From Candidatus Aldehydirespiratoraceae bacterium (lineage in GTDB: Bacteria; Actinomycetota; Acidimicrobiia; Acidimicrobiales; Aldehydirespiratoraceae): a DNA stretch of 64,000 bases. Numbering within the stretch: position 1 is the stretch's first letter; the number at the start of each line of letters is the position of its first letter. A program made the position numbers and the translations under genes. The stretch covers positions 2,579,166 through 2,643,165 of the forward strand of contig OZ243951.1 of the NCBI GenBank assembly GCA_965214565.1, read 5' to 3'. Below are positions 13,451 through 22,556 of this stretch, one piece after another. The notes beneath the pieces were generated by a model. That model did not search any database, was not told where the DNA came from, and worked only from the letters and a program-made list of their open reading frames with translations.

Positions 13451-14349
13451 CCATTCCGCCACCGGCGGAGATTCGACGCATCGTCTACTTGGGCACGCCC
13501 GCCACCGCGGTGCCGCCCCTGCGCGCGCTGTGCCGCGTCGGCTACGAGATACCCCTGGTCGTCTCGCGCCCCGACACCCGAAGGGGACGTGGCGCATCCT
13601 TTGAACCGAGCCCGGTGAAAGCGGCGGCGCTCAATCTTGGTCTGGACGTCAGCGACGACATCGAGGACCTGTCAGAGGTCGGCGCCGACCTCGGCGTGGT
13701 GGTTGCGTACGGTGAGATCATCCCAGCAGCGCTCCTCGAAGAGTTGGCGATGCTCAACCTTCATTTCTCGTTGCTGCCGCGTTGGCGTGGAGCCGCACCG
13801 ATAGAGCGGGCGTTGCTTGCAGGCGACGAAGTCACGGGCGTGTCCTTGATGGCCCTTGAGGAGGGCCTCGACACCGGTGCCGTCTTTAAGGTGGCTGAGA
13901 CGCCGATCGACCCCGACGAGGATTGCAACACCCTGAGAGACCGGCTTGTAGACCTTGGAACCGAACTATTGATCGAGTCGCTTTCAGAGGGGCTCGGCCG
14001 GCCGCAGCCGCAGCTCGGCGATCCGCTCTACGCCGCAAAGATCTCCGCTGAGGACCGCCATATCGACTGGACCCGACCGGCCGTCGAGATCCACCGGCAG
14101 GTGCGTGTCGGTGGCGCTTGGACCAGCTTTCGTGACCAGCGTTTCAAGATCTGGCGTACCGCACCGGTAGATGCCCCGGTCACCGGCGTGCCAATCGACG
14201 CTCCAGCCGGATCGATCAGCGGGCAGTTCGTGGCAACGGGCGAGGGGCTGATCGAGTTGCTTGAAGTACAGGCCCAGGGTCGCACACGTCAAGTTGCATC
14301 CGCCTGGCGCAACGGAGCCAAGCTCACCCCCGAAGACCGGTTCGTCTGA
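13447..14349 (+). CDS. fmt: Methionyl-tRNA formyltransferase
   Basis: VVVAYGEIIPAALLEELAMLNLHFSLLPRWRGAAPIERALLAGD. Confidence 0.95.
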   Translation: MTIPPPAEIRRIVYLGTPATAVPPLRALCRVGYEIPLVVSRPDTRRGRGASFEPSPVKAAALNLGLDVSDDIEDLSEVGADLGVVVAYGEIIPAALLEELAMLNLHFSLLPRWRGAAPIERALLAGDEVTGVSLMALEEGLDTGAVFKVAETPIDPDEDCNTLRDRLVDLGTELLIESLSEGLGRPQPQLGDPLYAAKISAEDRHIDWTRPAVEIHRQVRVGGAWTSFRDQRFKIWRTAPVDAPVTGVPIDAPAGSISGQFVATGEGLIELLEVQAQGRTRQVASAWRNGAKLTPEDRFV

Positions 14350-14354
14350 GGCAC

Positions 14355-15512
14355 ATGACCGACTCTTTGCGATCCGCTGGGCCTCTGGTGTCCGCAGACG
14401 CCCGCCGGATCGCGATCGAAGTGGTGGTTCGCATCGAGTCGGAAGGCGCCTACGCCAACGTTCTGCTGCCGAGAATGCTGGCTAAGACAGAACTTGAAAC
14501 TCGCGACAGGGGATTGGTGACCGAGTTGGTCTACGGGTCCACTCGACGCAAGCGGGCTCTTGACCATGTCGTGGACCGCTTCCTCATGTCCGATCCACCT
14601 CCGATTGCGCGCGCCGCCCTCCGCGTCGGCGCACATCAGCTCATTGAGATGGGCACACCACCGCACGCCGCGGTGTCGACGACGGTACAGGCGACCCCGA
14701 AGAGGTTCCGCGGGCTCGTCAACGCCGTTCTGCGAAAGGTCGCGACCGCGGCTTCGGCTGGTATCGAATATCCGAGCCGGGCAGTCGCGTTGAGCTATCC
14801 GGACTGGATCGTGCGTCGCCTGATCGAGGAACTGGGTGAACAGCGAGCCCTGGATGCCCTGAGCGCGATGAACCTCCCGGCTCGTAGCCATCGTCGCGAG
14901 GACGGCTACATCCAGGACCAGAGTTCGCAGCAGGTCGCCGCCCTCGTTCCGGCGGCGCGCGGTGACCTGGTGCTGGACCTCTGCGCCGCCCCGGGCGGAA
15001 AGTCAACAGAGATTGCTGGCCGGGGAGCGTCGGTGGTCGCGGTGGATCTGCACCCCGGCCGCGCCGGCCTGATAGCAGGCAACGTCCACCGTCTGGGGTA
15101 CCGCGGTCAGCTTGAGGACAATGGTGTGGCGGTCGTTGTAGCTGACGGCACTGCACCGCCGTTTCCGCCCGGCACGTTTGACGCTGTGCTGGTCGACGCG
15201 CCGTGTTCGGGTCTGGGCGCGCTGCGTCGTCGCCCGGACGCCCGTTGGCGGATCAAACCCACCGATATCGGCGTCCTGGCAGCTCTGCAGCAAAGGCTGT
15301 TGGAGAGCGCTGCGCCGCTGGTGGCACCGGGAGGAACGCTAGTCTACAGCGTCTGCACACTCAGTTTCGCAGAGACCAACGAGGTTGTCACCGCGACCGG
15401 CGCAGAGCTTGCTGCGCTCAGTTTCACCGAGCAGTCAAGCAGTCTGCTGGTGCCCACCGTCGACCGGGACGGCATGTTCTGGTCAGTCTGGAGCCGCGCG
15501 GGAGGCCACTAG
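14355..15512 (+). CDS. rsmB: 16S rRNA (cytosine-5) methyltransferase RsmB/Sun family
   Basis: DLCAAPGGKSTEIAG, DAPCSGLGALRRRPDARWR, VYSVCTLSFAETNEVV. Confidence 0.92.
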   Translation: MTDSLRSAGPLVSADARRIAIEVVVRIESEGAYANVLLPRMLAKTELETRDRGLVTELVYGSTRRKRALDHVVDRFLMSDPPPIARAALRVGAHQLIEMGTPPHAAVSTTVQATPKRFRGLVNAVLRKVATAASAGIEYPSRAVALSYPDWIVRRLIEELGEQRALDALSAMNLPARSHRREDGYIQDQSSQQVAALVPAARGDLVLDLCAAPGGKSTEIAGRGASVVAVDLHPGRAGLIAGNVHRLGYRGQLEDNGVAVVVADGTAPPFPPGTFDAVLVDAPCSGLGALRRRPDARWRIKPTDIGVLAALQQRLLESAAPLVAPGGTLVYSVCTLSFAETNEVVTATGAELAALSFTEQSSSLLVPTVDRDGMFWSVWSRAGGH

Positions 15513-15759
15513 CCCTGGTCGCGATGGTCACAACCTGTCACGCACGCGGGCGCAGCCGATGGTTTGCGGGCCACGTCGAGACAGTGGTGAGCCGGGACAT
15601 CGCCGAACTCGGCGACATCCGGCGTGCCGCCATATTGCCGCAGATGCTGCGACTCGCTTCGCCCCGTCCTGAGCGTCCCCCGCCTGAGCGCGGAAGCGAA
15701 GGGTCGACGGTATATCCGCGCCTTACCACTCGTGGGTGTTGCGCGTATATCGTCGAGGC

Positions 15760-16320
15760 ATGGCCCACGACCACGGCGACGATTCCCCCCACGAGTACAG
15801 CAATGGCCACGATTTGCCGCATGGGGACGACACGGTTGAGGCGCCTCTTTTGGCGAAAGTTCTGACGGTCTCAGACGGTGTGGTGCACGGCACCCGCGAG
15901 GACCGCTCTGGAGAGGCTCTGCAGACTCGCCTTACCGCAGCGGGCTGGACCGTCGAGCAACGGACGGTGACCTCCGACGGTGAACGCCCCGTTGCCGAGA
16001 CCCTGACACGTCTGGCGCAGGACTTCCACGGCCTGATCGTCACCACGGGCGGCACAGGGTTCGGCCCCCGCGACCAGACCCCCGAAGGCACCCGGGCAGT
16101 GATCGACCGCGAGGCCCCGGGGTTGGCGGAGGTCATGCGACTGGTGAACCCACTCGGACGGTTGAGCCGTGGAGTGGCCGGAACCCTCGGCACCGCCCTG
16201 ATCCTCAACACTCCGGGATCATCGAAGGGATGCATTGAGACTCTAGAAGCGGTACTTGACGTGCTCCCCCACGCGGTCCGGCTGCTGGTCGACAACGCCG
16301 ATCCCCACCCTCACAGCTAG
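15760..16320 (+). CDS. MoaB/Mog-family molybdenum cofactor biosynthesis protein
   Basis: LTVSDGVVHGTREDRSG, IVTTGGTGFGPRDQTPEGT, LGRLSRGVAGTLG, LILNTPGSSKGC. Confidence 0.9.
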   Translation: MAHDHGDDSPHEYSNGHDLPHGDDTVEAPLLAKVLTVSDGVVHGTREDRSGEALQTRLTAAGWTVEQRTVTSDGERPVAETLTRLAQDFHGLIVTTGGTGFGPRDQTPEGTRAVIDREAPGLAEVMRLVNPLGRLSRGVAGTLGTALILNTPGSSKGCIETLEAVLDVLPHAVRLLVDNADPHPHS

Positions 16321-16325
16321 CGGGG

Positions 16326-17345
16326 TTGTGTGTGAACCTCGACGAGCACTACATGGGGCTCGCGATCGAAGCGGCTCGACAGGCTCGGCATCGAAGCTCC
16401 CCGAACCCGTGGGTCGGGGCGGTGCTGCTCCAGACCGACGGTACGGTCGTATCGGGTGCGACGAAGCCGCCCGGAGGAGCCCACGCCGAGGTTGTGGCCC
16501 TCACCGAAGCGTCGCAGACACGGGGCGCGACCCTCTACAGCACGCTTGAACCCTGCAACCACAGTGGCCGAACCGGTCCCTGTACGGAGGCATTGATCGA
16601 AGCGGGGGTCACCCGGGTCGTCGGGGCGATCGAAGATCCGGACCTGTTGGTCGCAGGCCGCGGCTTCGAGCGCCTCCGTCAGGCTGGCATCGAAGTCACC
16701 GTCGGTGTGCGCGCCGCGGAGGTCAATGCACAGCTGCGGCCGTACCTGCACCATCGTCGAACCAACCGGCCGTGGGTGGTGCTGAAACTGGCGGTAACCC
16801 TCGACGGCCGCACAGCCGCGCCCGACTCAACGTCTAAGTGGATCACCGGAAGGGCCGCACGGACCGATGTTCACCACCTGAGAGCAGTCTCTGACGCCAT
16901 TGTGGTGGGTGCGGGTACTGTCTGCAGCGACGATCCGTCGTTGAGGGTGCGCCACTGGCCCGGAGACGACCGAACCGTTGACCCCCGAGAGGTTGTGAGC
17001 CCTAGCCGGGTGGTTCTCGGTGCGGTCCCGGCCGACGCCAAGATCCACCCCTGTCTCGAATGGGACGGAGGACTCGAGGAACTGCTGTTGCACCTAGGTG
17101 GCGTCGGAGTGGTGCAGTTGATGGTGGAGGGCGGCCCGACTGTGGCGCACTCCTTCCACAGCGCAGGTTTGGTCGACCAATACGTCGTCTACCTAGCGGC
17201 GGCGGTCATGGGCGGCGACGACGGAGCCCCGCTTCTGCGCGGGCCCGGTGCCACGACCATCGACGAGGTCTGGCGCGGCAGGATTGAAGAAGTTCGGAAA
17301 CTGGAAGACGACCTGAGGATCGATGTCGTGAAAAACCCCTCCTAG
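16326..17345 (+). CDS. ribD: Bifunctional pyrimidine deaminase/reductase in riboflavin synthesis
   Basis: NPWVGAVLL, GGAHAEVVAL, TLEPCNHSGRTGPC deaminase motifs followed by a reductase domain. Confidence 0.93.
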   Translation: MCVNLDEHYMGLAIEAARQARHRSSPNPWVGAVLLQTDGTVVSGATKPPGGAHAEVVALTEASQTRGATLYSTLEPCNHSGRTGPCTEALIEAGVTRVVGAIEDPDLLVAGRGFERLRQAGIEVTVGVRAAEVNAQLRPYLHHRRTNRPWVVLKLAVTLDGRTAAPDSTSKWITGRAARTDVHHLRAVSDAIVVGAGTVCSDDPSLRVRHWPGDDRTVDPREVVSPSRVVLGAVPADAKIHPCLEWDGGLEELLLHLGGVGVVQLMVEGGPTVAHSFHSAGLVDQYVVYLAAAVMGGDDGAPLLRGPGATTIDEVWRGRIEEVRKLEDDLRIDVVKNPS

Positions 17346-17371
17346 TTGCACAGCGCGGCGCTACCCTCGGC

Positions 17372-18250
17372 GTGGTGTTGAAACTGGTCATCCCCAAAGG
17401 GTCGCTCGAGAAAGCGACGTTGGAACTCTTCGAAGCGGCTGATCTGACTGTCGAGCGCGCTTCGTCTGTCGCCTACAAGGGGTCGATTGCTGATCCTCGT
17501 ATCGATTCGGTTCGTATTCTGCGTCCCCAGGAGATTCCGGGATATGTCGCGGACGGACTGTTCGATCTTGGGATTACCGGTCGAGACTGGATCGAGGAGA
17601 CCAACAGCGACGTCGAGAGCCTTGGAGAACTCAAGTATTCCAAGGCGACTTCGCGTCCGATTCAGATTGTGCTGGCAGTTCCCCAGGGGTCGCCCTGGGA
17701 GTCAGTCACGGATCTTCCTGACGGCGTCAGAGTCTCCACAGAGTATCCCGAGATCACCCGGCGGTTCTTTGAAGAGGCCGGGATCGATGCCGACATCCGT
17801 CTCAGCTACGGAGCGACTGAGGCGAAGGTCCCCGACATCGTCGACCTGGTCGTCGACATCACAGAGACGGGACGGGCGTTGCGCGCCGCGGGCCTGCGAA
17901 TTATCGAAACGCTTTGCACCTCCTACACCGAACTGATCGCCAACCCCGCATCGTTCGCCGACCCGGCCAAGGCGCACGCAATGCGTCAGGTCAACACGCT
18001 GCTGCAGGGTGTGCTCGAGGCGCGGGGCAAGGTGCTGGTCAAGATGAACGTGCCGGCAGAGCGCCTTGATGAAGTGATTGAGCTGCTTCCCTCCATGAAG
18101 TCCCCCACGGTCAACGAGCTCTTTCGAGGCGCGGGATATGCGGTTGAGACCGTTGTGGCCAAGTCTGAGATCAACATCTTGATCCCGGCACTGCGTGATC
18201 ATGGGGCGAGCGACATCGTCGAGCTGCCGATCGCCAAGATCGTTGCCTGA
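17372..18250 (+). CDS. hisG: ATP phosphoribosyltransferase (long form)
   Basis: LVIPKGSLEKATLELF, GLFDLGITGRDWIEE, C-terminal NIPAERLDEV-like regulatory domain. Confidence 0.93.
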   Translation: MVLKLVIPKGSLEKATLELFEAADLTVERASSVAYKGSIADPRIDSVRILRPQEIPGYVADGLFDLGITGRDWIEETNSDVESLGELKYSKATSRPIQIVLAVPQGSPWESVTDLPDGVRVSTEYPEITRRFFEEAGIDADIRLSYGATEAKVPDIVDLVVDITETGRALRAAGLRIIETLCTSYTELIANPASFADPAKAHAMRQVNTLLQGVLEARGKVLVKMNVPAERLDEVIELLPSMKSPTVNELFRGAGYAVETVVAKSEINILIPALRDHGASDIVELPIAKIVA

Positions 18251-18264
18251 ACCCCGGACGATTC

Positions 18265-18729
18265 TCAGTCGGAACCGGCCCCAGCCCGGCCCTTGATCTG
18301 CACGAACGCCATGCGGACCTGGTCGAGAGCATGGGACACTGCTGCTTCGTCGTCGCCGAGCCGCCCCGACAGACCGTCGACGAGGGCGCTCAAAGCGTCG
18401 ATGGCCACTGTCGCCTCAGCAAAGTTGGGGTTCTGCGCTGAGAGATGGAGCGCCGCCAGCTCGTACAGACCCATGGCGTGGTTTGCGACGATTGTGGCGG
18501 CGGGAGTGTTGATAAGCCGTTCGCGGGCCTCGGCCATCTCCTTGACCATCTCCTCGGCTGTCGCCCGCTCGGTGGGACTCAGATCGTCGAGGCTCATTCC
18601 CTCCGGTAGGGCGGCTGCTATCTCGTCATCGAGGCTCTTGTCTGGTGTCGGCACAGCACCGTCAGCGGGATCGGATGGTGTCGGGCGATCTACGGGGTGT
18701 TCCCCGCCGGGTGTCCACAAAGAACTCAT
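18265..18729 (-). CDS. Conserved hypothetical protein (DUF1844-like)
   Basis: Helical acidic ORF with MGLYELAALHLSAQNPNFAEATVAIDALSALVDGLSGRLGDDE. Confidence 0.7.
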   Translation of the reverse strand: MSSLWTPGGEHPVDRPTPSDPADGAVPTPDKSLDDEIAAALPEGMSLDDLSPTERATAEEMVKEMAEARERLINTPAATIVANHAMGLYELAALHLSAQNPNFAEATVAIDALSALVDGLSGRLGDDEAAVSHALDQVRMAFVQIKGRAGAGSD

Positions 18730-18872
18730 GCTGATACGCTATCGCTGACAATTCCAACACCGAAGTGGGGGAATCCCGAAGGGAGCCTCCCCACCTGGCC
18801 ACAGATCGTCGGTTTCGGCGGTCACCGTGCGTCCAGGTCGACGAATCGGCAACGCTCCGAGTGGGTGTGATC

Positions 18873-19553
18873 GTGGATGTCGACATTCCGGTATCCACTA
18901 CACGACGGAGGTTTCGTGCTCACGAGGAGTCCAGGGCGATAGCACCGCCAAACAACGAGCCAAGGATCAACGAACGGATCCGAGCCAGAGAAGTCCGACT
19001 TGTCGGGCAGGACGGCGAGCAGATTGGCATAACATCACTATCCGAAGCGCGCAACATCGCTCAAGCCGCAGATCTCGACTTAGTCGAGGTGGCGGAGCAG
19101 GCCAACCCCCCGGTCTGCCGGATCATGGATTACGGCAAATGGCGATACGAAGCCGACCAGCGGGCCAAAGAATCCAAGAAGAAGTCTTCCAACCTAACGG
19201 TCAAGGAGATGAAGTACCGACCCAAGATCGGGCCCGGCGACTTCGACACCAAGACCCGCAAGGTGGCCGAGTTCCTCGGCGGAGGGCATAAGGTCAAGGT
19301 CACGATCATGTTCCGAGGTCGAGAGATGCAGCATCCCGAACTGGGTCGCCAGATTCTTGATCGGGTGTCCGACGCTGTGGCCCATGTCGGCAAGGTTGAG
19401 TTCCATCCTCGCCAGGACGGCCGCAACATGGTGATGGTGTTGGCCCCCGACAAACGGGCCCAAGCTCGTCATGAGAAACAGAAACGCAGAGAGGTGGAGG
19501 ACTCGGCCGCAGTGACCGAGCCGGATACCGCACAGCAAACACCAACCGAGTGA
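18873..19553 (+). CDS. infC: Translation initiation factor IF-3 (start codon uncertain: GTG 18873 or ATA 18939)
   Basis: EPRINERIRAREVRLVGQDGEQIGI...NPPVCRIMDYGKWRYE...VKEMKYRPKIGPGDFDTK; followed by rpmI and rplT. Confidence 0.95.
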   Translation: MDVDIPVSTTRRRFRAHEESRAIAPPNNEPRINERIRAREVRLVGQDGEQIGITSLSEARNIAQAADLDLVEVAEQANPPVCRIMDYGKWRYEADQRAKESKKKSSNLTVKEMKYRPKIGPGDFDTKTRKVAEFLGGGHKVKVTIMFRGREMQHPELGRQILDRVSDAVAHVGKVEFHPRQDGRNMVMVLAPDKRAQARHEKQKRREVEDSAAVTEPDTAQQTPTE

Positions 19554-19625
19554 TCTGTCGGCGGCAGCACCGCCGGGGATCGTCCAAATCCATAGAACCG
19601 AGAATCACAGAGAACCGAGTATCAA

Positions 19626-19817
19626 ATGCCCAAGATGAAGACGCACAAGGGTGCACAGGCCCGCTTCAAGCGCACCGGCTCAGGCAAGCTGAAGCGTCGC
19701 AGCCAGAACAAGAACCACATCCTCGAGAAGAAGTCCCCGAAGCGCAAACGCCAGCTTCGCAGGCCGGCTTCGGTGTCTCCAGCTGACGAGCCGCGCATCC
19801 GCGACCTCGGCATCTGA
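19626..19817 (+). CDS. rpmI: 50S ribosomal protein L35
   Basis: [25 protein letters not shown]. Confidence 0.97.
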   Translation: MPKMKTHKGAQARFKRTGSGKLKRRSQNKNHILEKKSPKRKRQLRRPASVSPADEPRIRDLGI

Positions 19818-19891
19818 AGCGCGACCACTGAAGCCGCGTCCACCGGGCCGCATCCAACGAATCCGCCTAGAACAGGGAAAGGGAGCACACA

Positions 19892-20254
19892 ATGGCAAGA
19901 GCTAAACGCGCCGTACATTCCAAGAAACACCGCCGGGTCGTCCTTGAACGGGCAAAAGGCCATTACGGCAACCGTTCGCGCAGTTTCAAGTCAGCGAACG
20001 AGTCGGTCATGCACGCGGGCAACTACGCGTTTCGTGACCGCCGTGCTCGCAAGGGCCAGTTCCGCAAGCTGTGGATTCAGCGAATCAACGCGGCCTGCCG
20101 TGAGAACGGCACCTCCTACAGCCGCTTCATCGCAGGTCTGAAGGCCGCGGAGATAGAGGTTGACCGCAAAATGCTGTCAGAGACCGCGATCCACGATCCC
20201 GCCACGTTCACGGTGCTCGTCGAGACGGCCAATGGAGCGCTGGCCGACGCCTGA
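19892..20254 (+). CDS. rplT: 50S ribosomal protein L20
   Basis: MARAKRAVHSKKHRRVVLERAKGHYGNRSRSF. Confidence 0.98.
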   Translation: MARAKRAVHSKKHRRVVLERAKGHYGNRSRSFKSANESVMHAGNYAFRDRRARKGQFRKLWIQRINAACRENGTSYSRFIAGLKAAEIEVDRKMLSETAIHDPATFTVLVETANGALADA

Positions 20255-20295
20255 GCGCGGTTCGGATCAGACAAGCGAGCGACACCCCGCTCAGA

Positions 20296-21099
20296 ATGGA
20301 CCGAGACCCCGTCAAGGGTCCGAACAATCGCCGAGTCGTGGAACTGCGGCGTCTCATCGACCGGCCGGGCGCCAACCCCGCCGAGACTGTGCTTGAAGGG
20401 GAGCGGACAATAGGAGAGGCGCTCGACGCTGGAATACGCCTGACCACGGTCGTGGTCCCGGAACGCGGGATCGAAGGCTTCGACAGATCTTCGTTGCGTC
20501 CGCGCCTCGACGACTCCGTTGAGGTTCTGGTGGTTCGGGACAAGGCTTTCGAGCGGTTGGCTCCGTCGGTGACGCCTCAGCCGATGTTGGCGGTGATCGA
20601 ACGCCCGGTAGCTCGGATCCCGCCCGACTTCGGCGTCGACGACTTCGCACTGGTGCTCGTCGGAGTTGCTGACCCGGGCAATGTCGGCACGCTCATCAGG
20701 GTCGCCGACGCGACAGGCGCGGTTTGCGTGGTGGAGGTCGGCGGCGCGGACCCGTGGCGCCCTAAGGCTGTTCGTGCCTCGGCAGGTTCGGTGCTGCGAG
20801 TCCCTGTGGTGAGCGGATACGACGTGCATGAGACGTTGCGTCGGCTCCGTGGCGCTGGGGCCAAGATCGTCGCTACCGACGTGCGTGAGGGACTGCGCCA
20901 CGACAGCGGCGTGCTCAAAGGGCCGTTGGCGATAGTGCTCGGCTCGGAGTCCGGCGGCCTAGACCGTTCCATCGATCCGCTGGTCGATGTGCAGGTTCGC
21001 ATAGACATGCCCGGCAACGCTGAATCACTCAACGTGGCGATGGCGGGCACGTTGCTGGCCTTCGAGGCCAGCAAGAATCAGCAAGTTCGTGAGCAGTAG
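20296..21099 (+). CDS. 23S rRNA/tRNA 2'-O-methyltransferase, SpoU family
   Basis: VGVADPGNVGTLIRVADATGA, LAIVLGSESGGL, DMPGNAESLNVAMAGTLLAFEA. Confidence 0.9.
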   Translation: MDRDPVKGPNNRRVVELRRLIDRPGANPAETVLEGERTIGEALDAGIRLTTVVVPERGIEGFDRSSLRPRLDDSVEVLVVRDKAFERLAPSVTPQPMLAVIERPVARIPPDFGVDDFALVLVGVADPGNVGTLIRVADATGAVCVVEVGGADPWRPKAVRASAGSVLRVPVVSGYDVHETLRRLRGAGAKIVATDVREGLRHDSGVLKGPLAIVLGSESGGLDRSIDPLVDVQVRIDMPGNAESLNVAMAGTLLAFEASKNQQVREQ

Positions 21100-21171
21100 G
21101 CAGCTCTCTTGGCGAAGAGACGTCGCTCTCTGCTCCTGTTCGTTTCGCGCGCTGGACCGCTGGGGCAGGGG

Positions 21172-21453
21172 CTACGAAGCCAGCAGGTCGGCGTCTTCGG
21201 GATGATCGCGGATGTAGGCAGCGGCGAATCCGCACAGGGGCAGGATTGTCCTGTTGTTGGCCCGCAGGTCGTCGAGCATGCCCCGCATCAGTTCGTCGGC
21301 CATCCCCCGGCCCCGCATCGACGGGTCCGTCTCCACATGGGGCACCACCAACGTTTTGCCGTCGATCCGGTAGTCGGCGATCGACACGATGCGGTCGTCG
21401 ACCACCAGTTCATAGCGTTGACGTATCGGATTGTCTCGAACTTCGAAGGTCAC
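21172..21453 (-). CDS. GNAT-like N-acetyltransferase (short)
   Basis: IADYRIDGKTLVVPHVETDPSMRGRGMADELMRGMLDDLR...CGFAAAYIRDHPE. Confidence 0.8.
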   Translation of the reverse strand: MTFEVRDNPIRQRYELVVDDRIVSIADYRIDGKTLVVPHVETDPSMRGRGMADELMRGMLDDLRANNRTILPLCGFAAAYIRDHPEDADLLAS

Positions 21454-21513
21454 GCAACGAAGTCTCCCAGATAATGGGAGCCAACGCGTCAACCCACCTC
21501 GTAACCTGTTCGG

Positions 21514-22515
21514 TTGATGATTGAGACGCTCCGCCAGACCGCCGCTGAGGCGCGGGCCCGACTGGCCGAAGTCGCCGACCTTAATGCGCTGGTGCAACTC
21601 GACGTCGAGTTCCTAGGCAAGAAGTCCGCGCTGACCCTCGCCAAACGGCAGCTCGGGTCGCTCGCTCCCGAACAGCGCAGAGCCACCGGCCAGGCGCTGA
21701 ACGAGATCCGCGCGGCGATCGAGGGTGCGGTCGGTGCTGCCCGGGAACGCCTGGAGCGGGCCGCGCTGAACGAGCAGCTCGAGGCTGAGAGGCTTGATCT
21801 CACCGAATTCCGCCGAACCGCACGACGCGGTTCGCTCCACCTCGTCACCCAGGCCCGCGACCGGCTCGAAGACGTCTTCGTCGGGATGGGATTCACAGTC
21901 GCCGAGGGCCCCGAAGTTGAATCTGCCTGGTACAACTTCGAGGCGCTCAACATTCCTGAGTGGCATCCGGCCCGCGGCAGTTTCGACACGATCTTCGTGA
22001 ACCTGGGAGAGCCTGAGGAGGTGATGCTCCGTTCGCATACCTCCCCGGTCCAGATCCGCACGATGGAGAATCAGAAGCCGCCCATCTACATTGTCGCACC
22101 GGGCAGGACGTTTCGGACCGACACTGCCGATGCGACCCACCTTCCGGCCTTCAACCAGATTGAGGGCCTGGTGGTAGACCGGGGGATCACCATGGGCGAT
22201 CTGGCGGGGACGATCGACGAGTTCGTGCACGCCTTCTTCGGTGGCGGCGTCAAGAGCCGACTGCGCCCCTCGTACTTCCCGTTCACCGAGCCGAGCGCAG
22301 AGTTCGACATCTCCCGCGCCGACGGAACATGGCTGGAATTGGGCGGGTGCGGCATGGTGCATCCCAACGTTCTGCGCAACTGCGGAATCGACCCCGAAGA
22401 ATGGCAGGGGTTCGCGTTCGGTTTCGGCATCGACCGCCTGGCAGTGATGCGCCACGAACTCGACGACATCCGTGAACTTGTAAACAACGACGTGCGGTTC
22501 TTGAGGCAGTTCTGA
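21514..22515 (+). CDS. pheS: Phenylalanyl-tRNA synthetase alpha subunit
   Basis: GMGFTVAEGPEVESAWYNFEALNIPEWHPARG, GFAFGFGIDRLAVMRH. Confidence 0.97.
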   Translation: MMIETLRQTAAEARARLAEVADLNALVQLDVEFLGKKSALTLAKRQLGSLAPEQRRATGQALNEIRAAIEGAVGAARERLERAALNEQLEAERLDLTEFRRTARRGSLHLVTQARDRLEDVFVGMGFTVAEGPEVESAWYNFEALNIPEWHPARGSFDTIFVNLGEPEEVMLRSHTSPVQIRTMENQKPPIYIVAPGRTFRTDTADATHLPAFNQIEGLVVDRGITMGDLAGTIDEFVHAFFGGGVKSRLRPSYFPFTEPSAEFDISRADGTWLELGGCGMVHPNVLRNCGIDPEEWQGFAFGFGIDRLAVMRHELDDIRELVNNDVRFLRQF

Positions 22516-22556
22516 TGAAGGTGACCCAATGAAGGTGATCCTATGAAAGTGACCCT
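22515..22556 (+). repeat. Three 14-bp tandem repeats, each starting with ATG, directly upstream of pheT
   Basis: ATGAAGGTGACCCA / ATGAAGGTGATCCT / ATGAAAGTGACCCT, then pheT ATGAAAGTGACGTT. Confidence 0.97.

Noticed and set aside
15538-15822. 94-aa minus-strand ORF with hydrophobic start
   Set aside because: Overlaps the MoaB start region; apart from the leader-like start it has low-complexity Arg/Ser-rich content and no motif.
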